Positions 17,758 through 29,139 of a stretch of DNA of 64,000 nucleotides are shown piece after piece (position 1 is the stretch's first letter; each line of letters opens with the position of its first letter). This stretch comes from Bacillota bacterium (GTDB taxonomy: Bacteria > Sysuimicrobiota > Sysuimicrobiia > Sysuimicrobiales > Segetimicrobiaceae): positions 5,020 through 69,019 of the forward strand of contig JAJPIA010000069.1 of assembly GCA_021324975.1 (NCBI GenBank), in the 5' to 3' direction. The position numbers and the translations under genes are program-made. The notes beneath the pieces were generated by a model that was given only the letters and a program-made list of their open reading frames with translations, was not told the DNA's origin and made no database searches.

Positions 17758-18741
17758 ATGAGCGCATCCTCTCGTGATCGCTATCGCCTGGCAGTCGTCC
17801 TCATCGTCGTCGTCTGCGCAATCGCGACGGCGGGATCTACCGGGGTGGGAGCCGCGACCCCGGCGGTCGTCACCCGAATCACCGCGGCAGAAACGGCGAC
17901 GAACGTGCAGCTCTCCGTCGTCGCCTCGGCGCCGGTCGCATACCAGTTCGTGAACGTGCAGCCCAACTGGATCGTGTTTCAGCTCTCGCCGGCGGAGCTG
18001 CAGGGGCGCGCCGGCACGCTGCCGTTCGCGGGCGGCGCCGTGACGAAGATCCGAGTCGGTCAGTTTCAGCCGCAGGTTGTGCGCATCGTCGTCGAGCTCA
18101 AGCGGCCCATGCCGTTCCGCGTCGTGCCCGCGCACGATGAGCTCGTCCTGCTCGTCGGCGCTCCAGGAGGCACGCCGTCCGCGTCCACGGTGGGGCGCAT
18201 GTTGCCGGATTCCGCGCCGGCGCACGGCGGGCGGGGTGTGGAGCTCCCGAATGCCGCGCCGGTCGCGCCGAGCCGGCCGCAACCGGCCGTGCACGCGCTG
18301 CACACGGTCTTACCCGGCCAGGCGGTTGGATCGGTCCGGCTCGGCATGCGGGTCCAGGATGCCGTCGCCGCGCTCGGGCCGGCCAAGACCACGCAGGCGC
18401 TGCCGGACGGAAATATGCTCTATGAGTGGTTTGGGCCGCCGTCCAACCGGGGCGTCGGCGCCCGCGTGTCACCCTCCGGCACAATCTTCCGCGCCTGGGT
18501 GCTGAACGACAACGCGTACGGGACGACGGAGGGGGTGCACGTCGGCAGCACGGAAGCCGACGTTCGCGCGGCGCTCGGCGCGCCGGCGCAAGAACTCGTG
18601 GACACGACGCGCGCGATCAAGACCATGACATATCCATCCCTTGGGCTGTGGGTATCGATCCAGATGGACCGGCGCTACTCATTCTATGATCAGGTGTTCG
18701 AAATCGGCGTGACCAAGCCCGGGCCCGGCGTGGGTCACTAG
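17758..18741 (+). CDS. Secreted AMIN-domain protein
   Basis: Signal/TM then AMIN-like beta-sandwich (VTRITAAETATNVQLSVVASAPV...VVRIVVELKRP); SD GGAGGTGAG upstream. Confidence 0.6.
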   Translation: MSASSRDRYRLAVVLIVVVCAIATAGSTGVGAATPAVVTRITAAETATNVQLSVVASAPVAYQFVNVQPNWIVFQLSPAELQGRAGTLPFAGGAVTKIRVGQFQPQVVRIVVELKRPMPFRVVPAHDELVLLVGAPGGTPSASTVGRMLPDSAPAHGGRGVELPNAAPVAPSRPQPAVHALHTVLPGQAVGSVRLGMRVQDAVAALGPAKTTQALPDGNMLYEWFGPPSNRGVGARVSPSGTIFRAWVLNDNAYGTTEGVHVGSTEADVRAALGAPAQELVDTTRAIKTMTYPSLGLWVSIQMDRRYSFYDQVFEIGVTKPGPGVGH

Positions 18742-18953
18742 TGCGATGCCCACGGATGCACCGCGGGCGTCGCACGCCCGCTTCCGGCAGGTCCGACAGG
18801 CCCACCGACTTCGTCGAACAGCGGGAGCGCGGCACGACCGCGCAGGTGGGAAAACTCCGGCCGAACGCAGAATAGCGGATCGTCGGCGTCCGTCCGGGAC
18901 ACGGCGAATCGACGGCGCGTGATATCGAATCCGAGCAACGCTGCGGTGACGGC

Positions 18954-19163
18954 ATGACAGGTCTCTGGTTGTGGTACGTGCTTGCGGGCGCGGCCGGCGC
19001 GTGGACCGGATGGCTCGCCTGGGTCCTGCTCGGGCTCGTGGTCCGGCCGTTCGCCCGCTACAGCTGGTTACTGCTGTTCGCCGCCGCGGGCGTCCTCGCT
19101 GGCCTCGGGGCGGCCGGACTCACCGCGGTCGCGGCCCACGTCTCGGGGCTGACGCCTTCGTGA
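18954..19163 (+). CDS. Small membrane protein (2 predicted TM helices, 69 aa)
   Basis: ORF; two hydrophobic/Trp-rich segments. Confidence 0.35.
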   Translation: MTGLWLWYVLAGAAGAWTGWLAWVLLGLVVRPFARYSWLLLFAAAGVLAGLGAAGLTAVAAHVSGLTPS

Positions 19164-19366
19164 TCGCGGCACCGACGCAGCCCCGCTTGATCTAGCTCAA
19201 GAGCGTCCCGATCGACACAGTGGGAGGCCGTCTCGTAGCCGTGGCGCTCGGGCGGCCCTCCTGCTTCGTGTGCGTGTCCGTCCGGAGGCCGTTCGACGCG
19301 GGCATGGTATGATGGGAATCCTGGGGCGCGGCCGCCGCCCGCCACCGGAGTGAGGAGGGACGTCTG

Positions 19367-22039
19367 TTGCCGGGTGCCAGCGACGCCGAACGGCGCAGGC
19401 TGACAGAGGCCCATCAGAAGGTCGCGCCGTGGTACCGCTGGGGCCCGTACTTGTCCGAGCGGCAGTGGGGCACGGTCCGTGAGGACTATTCGGCCGACGG
19501 CTCGGCCTGGGCGTACTTTCCCCACGATCACGCGCGATCGCGCGCGTATCGCTGGGGTGAGGACGGCCTGCTCGGCATCTGCGACGACCGCGGCCTCCTG
19601 TGCTTCGCGCTGGCGTTGTGGAACGGAGCCGATCCGATCCTCAAGGAGCGGCTGTTCGGGTTGAGCGAACCCGAGGGCAACCACGGCGAGGACGTCAAAG
19701 AGTACTACTTCTTCCTCGACAACACGCCCACGCACTCCTATATGCGGGCGCTGTACAAGTACCCGCAGCGAGCGTTCCCCTACAGCGATCTTGTAGCGGA
19801 GAACCGCCGGCGAAACCGTGAGGAGCCCGAGTACGAGCTTGTCGACACCGGGATCTTCGGTGAGAATCGATACTTCGACATCACCGTGGAATACGCCAAG
19901 GCGGCCCCCGACGACATCGTGATCCGCCTAGCCGCCACGAACCGCGGTCCCGAGGCCGCCCCGATCCATGTCCTCCCGACACTTTGGTTTCGCAACACAT
20001 GGTCGTGGGGCTGGGACGATCGGTGCCCCAGGCTCCGGGCGGTTCACGACGGCCCGCCGGCCGGCGCCGGCGGCGGGCCGCGCCTGGTCCAGGCCACGCA
20101 CCATGAGCTCGGAGAGTACTGGCTCGCGTGTGACGGGCAACCGACGCTGCTCTTCACCGACAACGAAACAAACTTCAGCCGGCTGTGGAACGTTCCCAAC
20201 CGGACTCCCTATGTAAAGGATGGCATCAACAACGCCGTCGTGTCCCGCCAGAGCGGCGCGGTCAATCCCGACGGCACCGGCACCAAGGCGGCCGCCCACT
20301 ACTCCTTCGTCGTGCCCCCCGCGGAGACACGTGCCGTGCTTCTTCGACTCTCGCGGCAGCTCCTGACGGCCCCGTTTGTCGACGCCACGGAGGTACTGGC
20401 CACGCGACAGGCCGAGGCCGACGCGTTCTATCGGGCCTGCGGCACGGAGACGATGCCCGACGATGCCAGGCTCGTCCGGCGCCAGGCGCTCGCCGGGTTG
20501 CTCTGGAGCAAGCAATTCTACTACTACGACATCCAGCACTGGCTCGCCGGCGATCCGGCGGGCCCCGTGCCGCCCGCATCACGGTTGACGGGGCGGAACT
20601 GCGGATGGCACCATCTGACGAACGCCGACGTGATCTCGATGCCGGACACATGGGAGTACCCGTGGTACGCGGCCTGGGATCTCGCGTTCCACTGCATCAC
20701 ACTCGCCACGGTCGATCCGGAGTTTGCGAAGCGCCAGCTCATCCTGCTCATGCGCGAGTGGTACATGCACCCGAACGGGCAGCTCCCCGCCTACGAGTGG
20801 GCCTTCGACGACGTCAATCCGCCGGTTCACGCCTGGGCGGCGTGGCGTGTTTACAAAATCGAGCGGCGGGTGACCGGCCGGGCCGATCGCACGTTTTTGG
20901 AGCGCGTGTTCCACAAGCTGCTGCTGAACTTCACGTGGTGGGTGAACCGCCAGGACGCCGAGGGTCGCAACGTTTTTCAAGGCGGTTTCCTGGGGCTCGA
21001 TAACATCGGCGTGTTCGACCGGAGCCGGCCGTTGCCGACCGGCGGGCACATCGACCAGGCCGACGGCACCGCGTGGATGGGCATGTTCAGCCTGACGATG
21101 CTGGCGATCGCCCTCGAGTTGGCCCGCGACGACCAAGCGTACGAGGACGTCGCCACCAAGTTCTTCGAGCACTTCATGTACATCGCGGGCGCGCTGAACG
21201 ACCTCGGCGGGCGGGGTATCCCGCTGTGGAACGACGAGGACGAGTTCTTCTACGATGTGTTGCGTCTCCCTAACAACACGGAGCAAACTCTTCGCGTCCG
21301 CTCCGTCGTCGGGCTCGTGCCCCTCTTCGCGGTCGAGACGATCGAGCCGGATCGTCTCGCCGCCCTGCCGTCCTTTCGCGCGCGGATGGAGTGGTTTCTG
21401 GCGCACCGGCCGGGCCTCGCCAGCCTCGTCTCCCGGTGGCAAGAGCCCGGCGTCGGCGAGCGGCGCCTCCTCGCCCTGGCGCGCGGCCACCGGATGAAGC
21501 GTGTGCTCAGCCGCATGCTGGACCCGGCGGAGTTCCTCAGCGACCACGGGGTTCGCGCCGTCAGCAAGTACCATGCCGAGCATCCGTTTGTCATCAACGT
21601 CAACGGGCAGGCATACGTGGTGGACTACGAGCCGGGTAATTCGCGCAGCAACCTGTTCGGCGGCAACTCCAACTGGCGCGGTCCGGTCTGGTTTCCCATC
21701 AACTTCCTGCTCATCGAGGCGTTGCAGAAGTTCCACCACTATTACGGCGACGACTTCCTCGTCGAGTGCCCCACCGGCTCCGGCACGCGCCGGACGCTCT
21801 GGGAGATCGCCGACGCTCTCTCACAGCGCCTCACCCGGATCTTCCTGCGCGATGCGTCCGGACGGCGGCCGGTTTTCGGCGACAACACGCTGTTCCAGAC
21901 AGATCCACACTGGCGTGACCTCGTCCCATTCTACGAGTACTTCCACGGCGACACCGGAGCCGGTCTAGGGGCGAGCCACCAGACGGGGTGGACGGCGGTC
22001 GTGGCCAAGCTGCTGGAGCAGATCCACACACAGCGCTAG
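19367..22039 (+). CDS. Glycoside hydrolase family 63 protein (mannosylglycerate/glucosylglycerate hydrolase-like; (alpha/alpha)6 barrel)
   Basis: 890 aa; conserved [21 protein letters not shown] region; TTG start with GAGGAGGG SD 7 nt upstream. Confidence 0.8.
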   Translation: MPGASDAERRRLTEAHQKVAPWYRWGPYLSERQWGTVREDYSADGSAWAYFPHDHARSRAYRWGEDGLLGICDDRGLLCFALALWNGADPILKERLFGLSEPEGNHGEDVKEYYFFLDNTPTHSYMRALYKYPQRAFPYSDLVAENRRRNREEPEYELVDTGIFGENRYFDITVEYAKAAPDDIVIRLAATNRGPEAAPIHVLPTLWFRNTWSWGWDDRCPRLRAVHDGPPAGAGGGPRLVQATHHELGEYWLACDGQPTLLFTDNETNFSRLWNVPNRTPYVKDGINNAVVSRQSGAVNPDGTGTKAAAHYSFVVPPAETRAVLLRLSRQLLTAPFVDATEVLATRQAEADAFYRACGTETMPDDARLVRRQALAGLLWSKQFYYYDIQHWLAGDPAGPVPPASRLTGRNCGWHHLTNADVISMPDTWEYPWYAAWDLAFHCITLATVDPEFAKRQLILLMREWYMHPNGQLPAYEWAFDDVNPPVHAWAAWRVYKIERRVTGRADRTFLERVFHKLLLNFTWWVNRQDAEGRNVFQGGFLGLDNIGVFDRSRPLPTGGHIDQADGTAWMGMFSLTMLAIALELARDDQAYEDVATKFFEHFMYIAGALNDLGGRGIPLWNDEDEFFYDVLRLPNNTEQTLRVRSVVGLVPLFAVETIEPDRLAALPSFRARMEWFLAHRPGLASLVSRWQEPGVGERRLLALARGHRMKRVLSRMLDPAEFLSDHGVRAVSKYHAEHPFVINVNGQAYVVDYEPGNSRSNLFGGNSNWRGPVWFPINFLLIEALQKFHHYYGDDFLVECPTGSGTRRTLWEIADALSQRLTRIFLRDASGRRPVFGDNTLFQTDPHWRDLVPFYEYFHGDTGAGLGASHQTGWTAVVAKLLEQIHTQR

Positions 22040-22241
22040 CCCCCCCGCAGGCTGCGACACCGCGTCTCCGGTCGTCCCCGGTGCAACGGAATGCGGCCTG
22101 CCTCCGCGCGTCTATGCCGGCGAGCCGGGGGGCAGATATGCAACGGAGTCACACGCGTCGACCCGGGCACGCGCCCGGCGGCACGCCCGGCGACCGCGGC
22201 GGTCCGGCTCGACGCGAACGCGTAGGACGCGGAGGCGTTGA

Positions 22242-23216
22242 ATGCGGTCTCGAGACGGGACCGACAAGGCACTGGAGTTTCTGGCGCGGCTCGCCCGGGA
22301 ATTTGTCGCGGTGCTGAGCGTGACACATCTCGTGGCGCGCGTCCTGGAGGGCCTGCGCGAGGCGGCCGGATTCGACTCGGCTGCCATCGCGCTCATCGAC
22401 GAGCGCAATCCCGACCGCCTCACGGTCGTCGGCGCCGCCGGGCTTTGCGCGCACCTGCGCGACACGACGATCCCCCGCGACGAGAGCATGTGGTGGGCCG
22501 CCGTCGACGCCGCGGCCCCGCTCCGCGCCATGGACATGCGGCAGGATCCGCGCGTGTGGAGCCGCCGCGACGACGTGGGCGCGGGCATCTACGCGCCGCT
22601 CCTTGCGCACGGGCGCGCCATCGGGGCGATGAGCGTCCAGCGCTCCGGAGAGCCCCCGTTCACCGGCGACGATCTCGATCTCCTGTCCCTGCTCGCGTCC
22701 TACCTCGGCGGTGTGTTCGAGGCTGCCCGAACGCACGAGCGCGTGGCCGAGCTCGCCTTTGCCGACCCGCTGACCGAACTGCCCAACCGCCGCGCCTTCC
22801 TGGATCGGGTGGGCGTGGAAGTGCTCCGCAGCGCGCGCACGGGCCAGCCATTCAGCATCGCGCTCGTGGATGTCGACCGGTTTAAACGCGTCAACGACCG
22901 GTACGGGCACACGACCGGCGACGCCGCCCTTCGCAGCGTCGGGCAAACGATGCGCCGGCAGACGCGCAGCTACGATCTCGTGGCCCGGTACGGGGGAGAC
23001 GAATTTGCACTGTTGTTCCCGAATACGCCGGGCAAGATCGCGCAGATGATCCCAACGCGGTTTTGGCAGATTCCGATTGCCGGTGGCGCGGCGCCCGCCG
23101 AGAGCTACGTCACCCTCTCCTGGGGAATTGCCGCCCACCCGGACGACGGCGATTCGGCCGATGGACTCCTCAACGCCGCCGACGGACGATTGTACGCGAT
23201 GAAGGGCACCCGCTAA
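22242..23216 (+). CDS. GAF-domain diguanylate cyclase (intact RYGGDEF)
   Basis: GAF-like N-half, GGDEF C-half with RYGGDEF; GGAGG SD upstream of ATG. Confidence 0.85.
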   Translation: MRSRDGTDKALEFLARLAREFVAVLSVTHLVARVLEGLREAAGFDSAAIALIDERNPDRLTVVGAAGLCAHLRDTTIPRDESMWWAAVDAAAPLRAMDMRQDPRVWSRRDDVGAGIYAPLLAHGRAIGAMSVQRSGEPPFTGDDLDLLSLLASYLGGVFEAARTHERVAELAFADPLTELPNRRAFLDRVGVEVLRSARTGQPFSIALVDVDRFKRVNDRYGHTTGDAALRSVGQTMRRQTRSYDLVARYGGDEFALLFPNTPGKIAQMIPTRFWQIPIAGGAAPAESYVTLSWGIAAHPDDGDSADGLLNAADGRLYAMKGTR

Positions 23217-23355
23217 AGGTACCCCCACCCCGCATGTGCTGACCGGCCGCCGCATCGCCTGCGCGGCGGGACGCCCGCAGCCTCCGTGCAGGGGCCGCGG
23301 TCGCGCGGCCGTGCCAGGACCCCCGTCGACCGAACCGAAGTGTTCGCTCGCGACG

Positions 23356-24627
23356 ATGGCGTCCACCGAATCTGCCACCCATCTGCAGGCGACCGCCCTG
23401 GACTCCGCACCGCGGGGCCGCTGGAGCGCCCTTGCGCTGATCGCCGCGGCCGAGATCGGTGCGATGAGCACGTGGTTCAGCGCGGCCGCGGTCGCGCCGG
23501 CCCTGGCGCGCGACTGGCACCTGGCCCCCGCGCATCTTGCGCTGCTCACGGTTGCCGTACAACTCGGGTTCGTGGCCGGCGCACTGGTCCTCGCGATCAG
23601 CGGCGTGGCCGATGTCCTGTCCACCCGCGGGGTCTTCATGACCGGCGCCGCGCTTGCGGCGGGTGCGAACGGCTTGCTCGCCGTGATCAGCGGAGACCTC
23701 CGCATCGCGGTGCCGCTGCGTTTCGTGCTCGGCTTCAGTCTTGCCGGCGTGTATCCGCCCGGGATGAAACTCGTGACCGGCTGGTTCCGCCGGGACCTCG
23801 GCATCGCCATCGGGACGCTCGTCGGGGCGCTCACGCTCGGCACGGCGTTTCCGCACCTGGTCGCCGGTCTCGGCGCCGTGGTGGCGTGGCGGACCGTGAT
23901 CCTCGCGACGACGGTCGGGGCATTGTGCTCCGCCGGCATCGTGGCCGTGTTTGTGCGCCCAGGTCCCTTCGAGGCGCCCGCCGCGCGCCTCGACCTGCGG
24001 TGGGCGTTGCGCGCGCTCCGCGATCCCGCGGTCCGCCTCGCCAACTTCGGCTACTTCGGGCACATGTGGGAACTCTACGCGATGTGGACGTGGTTGCCGG
24101 TGTTCCTCGGCGCCAGCTTCCGGGCAAGCGGCATGGACCCAAATGGCGGTGCCGACCGGCTGGCAAGCTTGGCCGCCGCCCTGGCGATCAGCACCGGGGC
24201 TCTCGGGTGCATCGCCGCGGGCATCACCGCGGATCGCATGGGACGCACCGCGACCACCGCCGTGGCGATGGCGCTCAGCGGGGCGAGCGCCATCACGTGC
24301 GGGCTCCTCTTCGGCCGCGCACCCGTGCTCGTGGCGCTCGTTGCGGTCGTCTGGGGCATCACCGTGATCGCGGACTCGGCGCAGTTTTCGGCAAGCATCA
24401 GCGAGCTGGCCGAGCGCAGCCGTGTCGGCAGCGCGCTTGCGCTGCAGACGGCGCTCGGATTTTTGCTCACGGCAGTCAGCATCCAGCTTCTGCCGACTCT
24501 CCAGCGCGATCTCACGTGGGCAGGCGCGCTGGCTACCCTCAGCCTGGGTCCCGCATTCGGCGCGGGAGCGATGCTGCGGCTGCGGCGCCGGCCGGAGGCG
24601 GTGCGTCTGGCCGCCGGCCGCCGCTAG
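23356..24627 (+). CDS. MFS transporter
   Basis: ~12 TM pattern, 423 aa from ATG at 23356. Confidence 0.75.
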   Translation: MASTESATHLQATALDSAPRGRWSALALIAAAEIGAMSTWFSAAAVAPALARDWHLAPAHLALLTVAVQLGFVAGALVLAISGVADVLSTRGVFMTGAALAAGANGLLAVISGDLRIAVPLRFVLGFSLAGVYPPGMKLVTGWFRRDLGIAIGTLVGALTLGTAFPHLVAGLGAVVAWRTVILATTVGALCSAGIVAVFVRPGPFEAPAARLDLRWALRALRDPAVRLANFGYFGHMWELYAMWTWLPVFLGASFRASGMDPNGGADRLASLAAALAISTGALGCIAAGITADRMGRTATTAVAMALSGASAITCGLLFGRAPVLVALVAVVWGITVIADSAQFSASISELAERSRVGSALALQTALGFLLTAVSIQLLPTLQRDLTWAGALATLSLGPAFGAGAMLRLRRRPEAVRLAAGRR

Positions 24628-24682
24628 GGCGGCCCTCATGATGTATGCAAGGGACCCGTCGGGGTCCTGAGCGTCGGGGGCG

Positions 24683-24982
24683 CTAGAGTGGTGCGGCTCC
24701 GCCGCGCCCCATCGAAGCGATGCGCTCCAGCCAGCGGGATCTGGCGCCGATGGCCGCCCGGATGCGGTGCGCGAGCTCCGCGCTTGGGCGGACGTGGCCG
24801 AGGATGATCTGGTTGAGGTGAGAGGCGCTGACACCGACGCGCATCGCCAGCGTCGATTGACTCACGTGCTGTTCGAGGCACCAGCGTCTCATCGACTCCG
24901 GCAGCCCTCGGAACAACCCGTCGTCCGCCGTGACGCCCACGGCGCGGAACGTGCGCTGCGGACCGCGAGCGGCCGCGTCCAT
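24683..24982 (-). CDS. XRE-family helix-turn-helix transcriptional regulator
   Basis: HTH motif QSTLAMRVGVSASHLNQIILG. Confidence 0.55.
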   Translation of the reverse strand: MDAAARGPQRTFRAVGVTADDGLFRGLPESMRRWCLEQHVSQSTLAMRVGVSASHLNQIILGHVRPSAELAHRIRAAIGARSRWLERIASMGRGGAAPL

Positions 24983-25280
24983 GGCGAATCACCTCCATGC
25001 CCGCTTCCGGGGCGTGGTCTTCCACGCCCGCAACCGCCCCGATGCCGGGACGCGATAATTTGACGTCCCGTTGCAGGGTCCTGCCGCAATCGACCGCGCG
25101 GGCACAACTGGGTAGGGAAATTGCCGATTGCTTTTGCGCCGCCGCCTGCGCGGCGCGCTTGTGACCGCGTGCGCTCTCGGATACCATCAGATCGAATGCC
25201 GAGACCTTCGCCGCGGAGCCCGCGCGTCGCGGGGCCGCCCGGGCGTGCGACGGGATCGGTGACTGGCAACGGGGGGGGAG

Positions 25281-26324
25281 ATGAAACGGCGCGTAGCACA
25301 GCATCGACTGTTCCGAAGCGGCCTGGCGTTCCTGGGTCTGGCGCTCGCCGCATGGCTCATGTCGTGGCACGCGGACGGTGGGCGCGTGGCGGAAGGGGCC
25401 GCGCCGGCCGGCACGATCACCCTGTACACGTCCGAATCCGAGGACGACGTCAACGCCATCGCCGGCGACTTCATGAAGCGCACGCCGGGGATCACCGTCA
25501 AGATCTTCCGCGCCGGCACGGGCCCGGTGGAGGCCAAACTTCAAGCCGAGGAGCAGGCTGGCGGTATCCAAGCCGACGTGCTATGGTTTGCCGACCCCGC
25601 GTTCTTGCACACCCTTGCCACCCAAGGGCATCTGGCGGCATATGCTCCCCCCGCCGCGCGCGGTGTGCCCCGCGAGTTCCACTATGACGGCAATCGATCC
25701 CACGAGGTCCGACTGATCTTCAATGTGCTCGGCTACAACACCCTGGCCGTCCACCTCAAGCCGGCGAGCTGGTGGGACATGGCGCTGCCGCGGTACCGAG
25801 GGCGCGGCGGCATGCCGAACCCGTTTGTCTCCGGCGCCGCATTCGCCAACGTCGGCACGTTCGCCAGCATGAAGGGATTTGGATGGGGCTACTACCGCTC
25901 CCTGAAGCAGAACAATATCCAGGTGATCCAGGCGAACGGGGACGTGCTGCAGAAGCTCGCGTCCGGCGAGATCGTGGTGGCGCAAATCGTAGACTTCTTC
26001 GTGCGCCATGCGAAGGCCCAGGGCTCGCCCGTGGATTACGTCGTGCCCACCGAAGGCGCGGTCATCATTCCCACGCCGGTGGCGATCGTGAAGACAACCG
26101 GGAACTTCGCGGCGGCGCAGGCCTTTGTCAATTACCTGTACACCCCCGATGCACAGCGCCTATTCGTCCAGCGGGCGTACATCCCAGTGCTCCCCGGGAT
26201 CCCGCTTCCCGCCGGCGTGCCGGCCCTCTCCTCGATCCGGATCATCCAACCAAACCTTGCCTATATCGCACAGCACCGTGAGGAGATCAGGCAGAACGTG
26301 ACCCAGATCTTCGGCATCCAGTAG
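25281..26324 (+). CDS. ABC transporter periplasmic substrate-binding protein, Fe(III)/thiamine-type (SBP family 1)
   Basis: Signal peptide plus FbpA/AfuA-like fold features; followed directly by the permease. Confidence 0.75.
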   Translation: MKRRVAQHRLFRSGLAFLGLALAAWLMSWHADGGRVAEGAAPAGTITLYTSESEDDVNAIAGDFMKRTPGITVKIFRAGTGPVEAKLQAEEQAGGIQADVLWFADPAFLHTLATQGHLAAYAPPAARGVPREFHYDGNRSHEVRLIFNVLGYNTLAVHLKPASWWDMALPRYRGRGGMPNPFVSGAAFANVGTFASMKGFGWGYYRSLKQNNIQVIQANGDVLQKLASGEIVVAQIVDFFVRHAKAQGSPVDYVVPTEGAVIIPTPVAIVKTTGNFAAAQAFVNYLYTPDAQRLFVQRAYIPVLPGIPLPAGVPALSSIRIIQPNLAYIAQHREEIRQNVTQIFGIQ

Positions 26325-26342
26325 AGGCAGGGCCGGGCGGCA

Positions 26343-28058
26343 TTGGTGCGAGCCGCCGGCGGTGGTTGCCGGGACGCGGGGCGCGCCGCGGCAGTAGCGG
26401 GGGCGGGCGTGGCGGCCACGGCGCTCGGGGTTGCCCTCGTCTCCCCTGCGCTCGTGTTGATCGCGCACTCGTTTCTCGCCGGTGGCCGGCTATCGCTCGC
26501 GCACTACGTGGCGGTCGCCACGGACCCCCAGGTATACGGGGCGCTCTGGCACAGCCTTGCCGTGTCGCTCGCCGCGACGGCGGGCGGGACGGTGCTCGGC
26601 GCCGGGCTGGCGTGGCTGGTCAGCCGGACCGACGTGCCGCTGCGCGAGTTCTGGCGCACGGCGCTGCTCCTGCCGTACATGATTCCGCCGTTTGTCGGCG
26701 CCATCGCGTGGGTGTACCTGCTGAGCCCGGTCGGCTACCTCAACCGGGTGTGGATGGCGCTCACGGGCGCCCCCGGACCTCTGATCGTCGTGTACGGAGC
26801 CGGGGGCATCATCGCGGTCATGATGCTGTACGGCTACCCGATCGTGTTTCTGACCACGCTCGGTGTGCTCGAGCGCATGAATCCGGCGCTGGAGGAAGCT
26901 GCGCGGACGGAGCGCGCAGGCCCGGGCGCCGTCTTCCGCGAGATTACGATCCCGCTCGTGTTCCCGGGGGTGCTCGCCGGTGCGCTGCTATTGTTGATGT
27001 CGTCGCTCGGAGACTTTGGCATTCCAGCTGTGATCGGATTCCCGGCACGGTACCTCGTGCTGACCACGGAGATCTATTCGATGATCCTCAACTTCGACCG
27101 GCCGGATAACCTCAACGTGGCCGCGGCGCTGTCGATGTGGCTCGCGCTCATCGCCGGCGGCCTGTTGGCGCTCCAGCGGCGGGTCCGGGATCGGGCGCGG
27201 TTCGCCGTGATCGGCGGGCCGTCGGGTGGGCGATCGCTCGTCGCGTTGGGCCGCTGGCGCTATCCGGTCGCGGGCGCGCTCGGCCTGCTCCTGGTAGCGG
27301 CCGTGGTGCTCCCCCTGGGAGCCATCCTGCTTACGTCGTTGGTTCGGGCGTACGGGTTGCCGCCCAGTCCTGGGAATCTCACGCTGGCGCACTACGCGGA
27401 GGCGCTGACGGGGGTGCCCAAGGTGCAGCGCGCGCTGCTGAACAGCTTGGGGCTCGCCGCGGGAGCCGCGACGCTCATCGTGGCGCTGTCGGTCGGGCTC
27501 GGCTATCTGCTGACGCGCACGCGGGTCCGCGCCGGCGCCGCCGTCGAACTACTCGTCACGATCCCCTACGCGCTTCCCGGCACGGTCGTCGCGCTCGGCA
27601 TGATCCTGACCTGGTTGCGGCCGGTGCCGGTGCTGGGGCTGCGGCTCTACGACACCGTCTGGATCCTCCTGCTCGCCTACGTCACCCGCTTCATGGCGAT
27701 GGGGCTGCGGACCGTCCTCGCGGGGCTGACCCAGGTGCACGGCACCCTCGAGGAAGCCGCACGCCTCGGCGGAGCCGGCCCCCTCCGGGCGTTTCTCGGC
27801 ATCGTGGTCCCCATCATTCGGCCCAGCCTGGCGGCCGGCTGGTTCCTGGTGTTCATCCCTGCCCTCGCAGAATTGACGCTCTCGATCCTGCTCTTCTCGG
27901 TGGGCCACGAGACGCTGGGCGTCGTGATCTTCGGGCTCAACGACGAGGGGAATGTGTCGCTCACGGCTGCCCTCGCGTTCGTCGTCACGATGGTGCTCCT
28001 TATTGTCAATCTGCTCTCGCGGGCAGTCTGGCGGGAGCCGGCGGGGGCCCGCGGCTGA
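26343..28058 (+). CDS. ABC transporter permease, fused double-domain (FbpB/AfuB-type)
   Basis: 571 aa with two permease repeats and EAA-like loops; TTG start call uncertain. Confidence 0.75.
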   Translation: MVRAAGGGCRDAGRAAAVAGAGVAATALGVALVSPALVLIAHSFLAGGRLSLAHYVAVATDPQVYGALWHSLAVSLAATAGGTVLGAGLAWLVSRTDVPLREFWRTALLLPYMIPPFVGAIAWVYLLSPVGYLNRVWMALTGAPGPLIVVYGAGGIIAVMMLYGYPIVFLTTLGVLERMNPALEEAARTERAGPGAVFREITIPLVFPGVLAGALLLLMSSLGDFGIPAVIGFPARYLVLTTEIYSMILNFDRPDNLNVAAALSMWLALIAGGLLALQRRVRDRARFAVIGGPSGGRSLVALGRWRYPVAGALGLLLVAAVVLPLGAILLTSLVRAYGLPPSPGNLTLAHYAEALTGVPKVQRALLNSLGLAAGAATLIVALSVGLGYLLTRTRVRAGAAVELLVTIPYALPGTVVALGMILTWLRPVPVLGLRLYDTVWILLLAYVTRFMAMGLRTVLAGLTQVHGTLEEAARLGGAGPLRAFLGIVVPIIRPSLAAGWFLVFIPALAELTLSILLFSVGHETLGVVIFGLNDEGNVSLTAALAFVVTMVLLIVNLLSRAVWREPAGARG

Positions 28059-28070
28059 GGAGCTCCGGAG

Positions 28071-29111
28071 TCAGCGGCCGGCCACGCGGGAGCCGCCGTG
28101 GGGCTCGCAGTCCGGAAGCCGACCGTGCTGCGCCTTCATGTGGTACAGACGGAAGTCCGCGGCCAGCAACAGCTGGTCCACGGTCGGGCCGTCGGCCGGC
28201 CACGTGGCGCTTCCCCACGAAACGTCCAGCCCGCCGTGTTGCGTGAGGGAGTCCGGGAGTGCGATGCCTGCGGCGACGTCGCGGTCAATGACCGTCCTCG
28301 CCCCGGCTTCATCCGTGTCCGGCAGCAACAGGGCGAACTCGTCGCCGCCGTAACGTGCCGCCAGATCGCTTCCCCGGCGGTCGGCGCTGAGCGCCCGTCC
28401 GACCGCCACGAGAACCTCGTCGCCGACGCCGTGGCCGCACGTATCGTTGATCCGCTTGAACCCGTCGAGGTCGAGGAGCACGACGGTGACCGGGCGCAGC
28501 GTGCGCTCCGACCGGGCGATCTCTTGCTGAAACCGCTCCATAAAGGTGCGGCGGTTGGCGATGCCCGTCAGGCTATCCGTCGCGGCCGCGTTCTTCAGGG
28601 CGTCGTGCAGCTGGCTCACCTCGACGGCGCTGGCGATGTATCGGGCCACCACGGTCAGCAAGTGAAGGTCCGGCTCGCGAAAGGCGTCAACCTCGGGGTG
28701 GTACGCGCTCAACACCCCGATCGACCGGCTCCGGCAGACGAGCGGCGCGTAGATGCCCGCGCGGACGCCGGGGTCCGTGTGCACCACGCGGGGGTCCGCG
28801 TGGAGGTCCGGCACGATCAGCGCGGCTTGGCGCTCCATGACTTCCCAGATCAAGCCATGCCCGCGGGCGAACCGCAACCCCGTCGCACCCGCCCGCAGGC
28901 CCGATCCCGCCTTGACGACCAGGACGTCCTCGCCCCTGTTGGTCTCCAGGAGCGATACGGCGCACGACTCGAAGCCGATGGCATCGTCCACGGCGCGGAT
29001 AATGTGCTGTAAGAGCACGGGAGCGTCGAGCACGGCGGACATTTCCGTCGCCAGGCCCGCCAGAAACGCGAGCAATCGATCCGACTCGGCGCCCTGCGGT
29101 TGAGCCGTCAT
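28071..29111 (-). CDS. GAF-domain diguanylate cyclase (intact RYGGDEF), paralog of 22242..23216
   Basis: ATG at 29109-29111 (residue 22 of ORF 28071..29174); GAF + GGDEF with RYGGDEF. Confidence 0.8.
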   Translation of the reverse strand: MTAQPQGAESDRLLAFLAGLATEMSAVLDAPVLLQHIIRAVDDAIGFESCAVSLLETNRGEDVLVVKAGSGLRAGATGLRFARGHGLIWEVMERQAALIVPDLHADPRVVHTDPGVRAGIYAPLVCRSRSIGVLSAYHPEVDAFREPDLHLLTVVARYIASAVEVSQLHDALKNAAATDSLTGIANRRTFMERFQQEIARSERTLRPVTVVLLDLDGFKRINDTCGHGVGDEVLVAVGRALSADRRGSDLAARYGGDEFALLLPDTDEAGARTVIDRDVAAGIALPDSLTQHGGLDVSWGSATWPADGPTVDQLLLAADFRLYHMKAQHGRLPDCEPHGGSRVAGR

Positions 29112-29139
29112 CCGGTGTGACCGGCCGCTCACGTCCCCT

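Noticed and set aside
20579-21739. 386-aa minus-strand ORF
   Set aside because: Antisense to the GH63 gene.
22149-24044. 631-aa minus-strand ORF
   Set aside because: Antisense to the GAF-GGDEF and MFS genes. Arg/Ala-rich with no motifs.
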